Origin: Nitrospirota bacterium
GTDB taxonomy: Bacteria > Nitrospirota > JACRHJ01
Assembly (NCBI GenBank): GCA_963845245.1
Contig: CAWJRJ010000026.1
Span: forward strand, 1 to 18,831
Direction of reading: 5' to 3'
DNA: 18,831 bases
In this document: positions 16,766-18,831 of the stretch, piece by piece
How the letters are laid out: each line of letters starts with the position of its first letter
How positions within the stretch are numbered: position 1 is the first letter of the stretch
The notes under the pieces: model-generated
What the model was told of the DNA's origin: nothing
Database searches by the model: none
What the model saw: the letters and a program-made list of their open reading frames with translations, nothing else
Program-made: the position numbers and the translations under genes

Positions 16766-17825
16766 TTAAATGGTTACTATCGCCTTCAGCGACTCACCGG
16801 CCTTGGAGGTCAAGCGGAATGCCTCCTCTGCCTGTTCCAGCGGGAAGCGGTGCGTGATGATCTTGTCCACGGGGATGACGCGCGCTTGAAATCAGCGACA
16901 GCGCCTCGCGGGTGTCGTCCGGGCCGCAGGAGTAGCTCTGGACGAAATTGACGTCTTTGAAGTATATGGCGTTCTGGTCGAAGGTGAGCAGCTCGCCGGG
17001 CGGCGCGGGCGTGAAGAACAGGACGGTGCCCCCGGGTGCGGCGCAGGGTATCCCCTGCTCCATCGCGCGTATGCTGGACGGGCCAATTACGACACGGTAC
17101 GCGCCCTCACCATCCGTCAGTTCCATTACCTTCTGCTTTAATCTCTCCTCCCCATCTGCGGGGGAGGCCGGGTGGGGGTGCGATACGTCTATCACCTCGT
17201 CAGCCCCAAACTCGCGCGCCTTGTCAAGGCGATACTTAACCATGTCCGCCGCAATCACGCGCATCCCCGCGTGCTTCAAAAGCGATACGAACAGCATCCC
17301 CATCACGCCCAGGCCGATGACCAGCGCGGTCTCCCCTTCGACTGCACCCATGCGCCTCATTCCCTTGACGACGCATGCGAGCGGCTCCACTAGCGTGCCG
17401 CCCTCGAAGCTCACGTTGTCCGGGAGTCTGAGGGTATCATTCATTAAATTTTCGGCGGGGACACGCACGTACTCGGCAAGGCCGCCTGGTACTATCTTTG
17501 TTTTCCGCCATGTGTCGCACTGGACATAGTCGCCTTTCCTGCAGCGCGGGCAAGTCATGCACGGCGCGTGGTGGTGCATGAAAACGCGGTCGCCCGGTTT
17601 AAACTCCGTCACTCCCTCGCCCACCTGCACTATCTCGCCAGCGGGCTCATGTCCAAGCACGAGCGGGGCCTTCTTCTCGATGTACCACGGCATGACGTCG
17701 CCCGAGCAGATGCCGCATGCGCGCATCTTCACCAGCGCCTCACCGTGGCCGATCTCCGGGACCGGCATGTCTTCTATTCGGATGTCTGTGTATGAGTAGA
17801 GTACGGCGGCTTTCATGAATTCCAT
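16766..17825 (-). CDS. Zn-dependent medium-chain dehydrogenase (sorbitol/threonine DH-like), +1 frameshift near 16882
   Basis: CGICSGD, LGHEPAG, CMTCPRC-x7-C, VEPLAC, GLGVMG; reconstructed end IITHRFPLEQAEEAF..SLKAIVTI-TAA (16766-16768). Confidence 0.92.
17145..17180 (-). repeat. Palindromic repeat-like element in frame inside the dehydrogenase gene
   Basis: CACCCCCACCCGG-CCTCCCC-CGCAGAT-GGGGAGG-AG encoding HPHPASPADGEE. Confidence 0.55.
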
Positions 17826-18831
17826 CAGGGGACGATCTCGTACTTTATGCCGTCACCCTTTATCAGCCTGTCGAAGGCAACCTGTAGCTGGTCGAGAGGG
17901 TATGAGCCGGAGATGAGCTTCTTGGTGTCTATCCAGTCGGATACGAGCAGGCCGTACGCCTCCCTGACATCGGCTGGCGTGAAATGGAACGCCCCTACGA
18001 GCGAAATCTCGTCATAGTGAAGCCTTGACGCGTCGAAGCATACCTTTGTGTCGGACGGGCAGCCGCCGAACAGCAACACCGTGCCGCCCTTTCTCACAAG
18101 GCTCGGGGACACCTCCCACAGCTCCTTGCTTCCGGCCGCCTCGATAACAAGGTCCGCGCCCGCGCCGTCCGTCGCCTCTATCACCGTCCAGGGCAGGTCG
18201 TCCACCTTTGAATCCACGATCACGTCCGCGCCCAGGTCGCGCGCGACGTCAAGCCTCTCGAGCCTGCGCCCGGCCACAATGACCCTCGCGCCCCTCGACT
18301 TATAGAGCATCGTGAGCAGGAGCCCTATCGGGCCCGCGCCAATTATCATCACGGTATCGGCCGCAGCGCGTCCGACCGCCTTCATCCCGTGCACCACGCA
18401 GGAGAGCGGCTCAAGCATCGCGGCCTCGGTATAGCTTATCGAGTCGGGCTTTATGAACAGGTTCTTCTTCACGATATGCGCGGGGAGCAGGACATACTCG
18501 GCGTACGCGCCCAGCACCTTCTCCTCCATCGTCTTCTTGCAGAGGTTCTCCCGGCCCATCTTGCAGAACGAGCACTCGCCGCACGGCGCGCTGTGCACCG
18601 CCATGATAGGCGTGCCCGCCGGGAACCCGTCCACGCCTTCGCCCGCTTTGTATATGTCGCCTGAGAACTCGTGCCCCAGCGGGGACGGCAGCGGTATCAT
18701 CGGGTGGCCGCGCAGATAGGTCTTGACGTCCGTGCCGCATGTCAGCGCGGAGCGCACCTTCACGACCACCTCGCCGGGGCCGGGCTCGGGTATCTGCGCC
18801 TTGCGGTTTATCTCGAGGACCTTCGGGCTTA
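17825..18831 (-). CDS. Zn-dependent medium-chain dehydrogenase, 5' end outside the window
   Basis: Frame open to the edge (SPKVLEI..PEPGPGEV); TCGTD, GHEFSG, CGECSFC-x7-C, EPLSC, GAGPIG; TGATG overlap with the next gene. Confidence 0.93.
   Translation of the reverse strand, partial: SPKVLEINRKAQIPEPGPGEVVVKVRSALTCGTDVKTYLRGHPMIPLPSPLGHEFSGDIYKAGEGVDGFPAGTPIMAVHSAPCGECSFCKMGRENLCKKTMEEKVLGAYAEYVLLPAHIVKKNLFIKPDSISYTEAAMLEPLSCVVHGMKAVGRAAADTVMIIGAGPIGLLLTMLYKSRGARVIVAGRRLERLDVARDLGADVIVDSKVDDLPWTVIEATDGAGADLVIEAAGSKELWEVSPSLVRKGGTVLLFGGCPSDTKVCFDASRLHYDEISLVGAFHFTPADVREAYGLLVSDWIDTKKLISGSYPLDQLQVAFDRLIKGDGIKYEIVP

Noticed and set aside
16752..16773. GGGCGTGTTTATTAAA resembling an IS5-like terminal repeat
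   Set aside because: No partner repeat or transposase; it overlaps the dehydrogenase stop codon
108..16890. Programmed frameshifting or a pseudogene cluster
   Set aside because: No slippery sites, unrelated genes are affected, and the +1 bias fits sequencing error

Overview
GC-rich bacterial chromosomal window of mostly housekeeping and envelope genes. From left to right: a minus-strand operon (Fe/Mn SOD, LeuC/HacA-type and LeuD/HacB-type dehydratase subunits, 2-oxoacid dehydrogenase E1 alpha and beta); two convergent SAM methyltransferases; an AT-richer patch with a perfect parS palindrome, an exported Ada-like Zn protein, an orphan gene with a structured leader and an RHH/RelE-ParE toxin-antitoxin pair; a pentaheme cytochrome c; a CPA2 antiporter; guaA; a cupin; a beta-barrel outer-membrane protein with a Cys-rich insert; an FG-GAP protein under a c-di-GMP-I riboswitch; and two tandem Zn-dependent dehydrogenases. 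Eleven frameshifts in 8 genes, 9 of them +1, look like sequencing indels rather than pseudogenes. Most notable: an aconitase-family enzyme lacking its first Fe-S cysteine (GSTTNGY) in an unusual operon, the riboswitch, the zinc-ribbon barrel, a palindromic repeat translated in frame inside a dehydrogenase, and two unassigned structured leaders. All calls are by eye; no searches were run.
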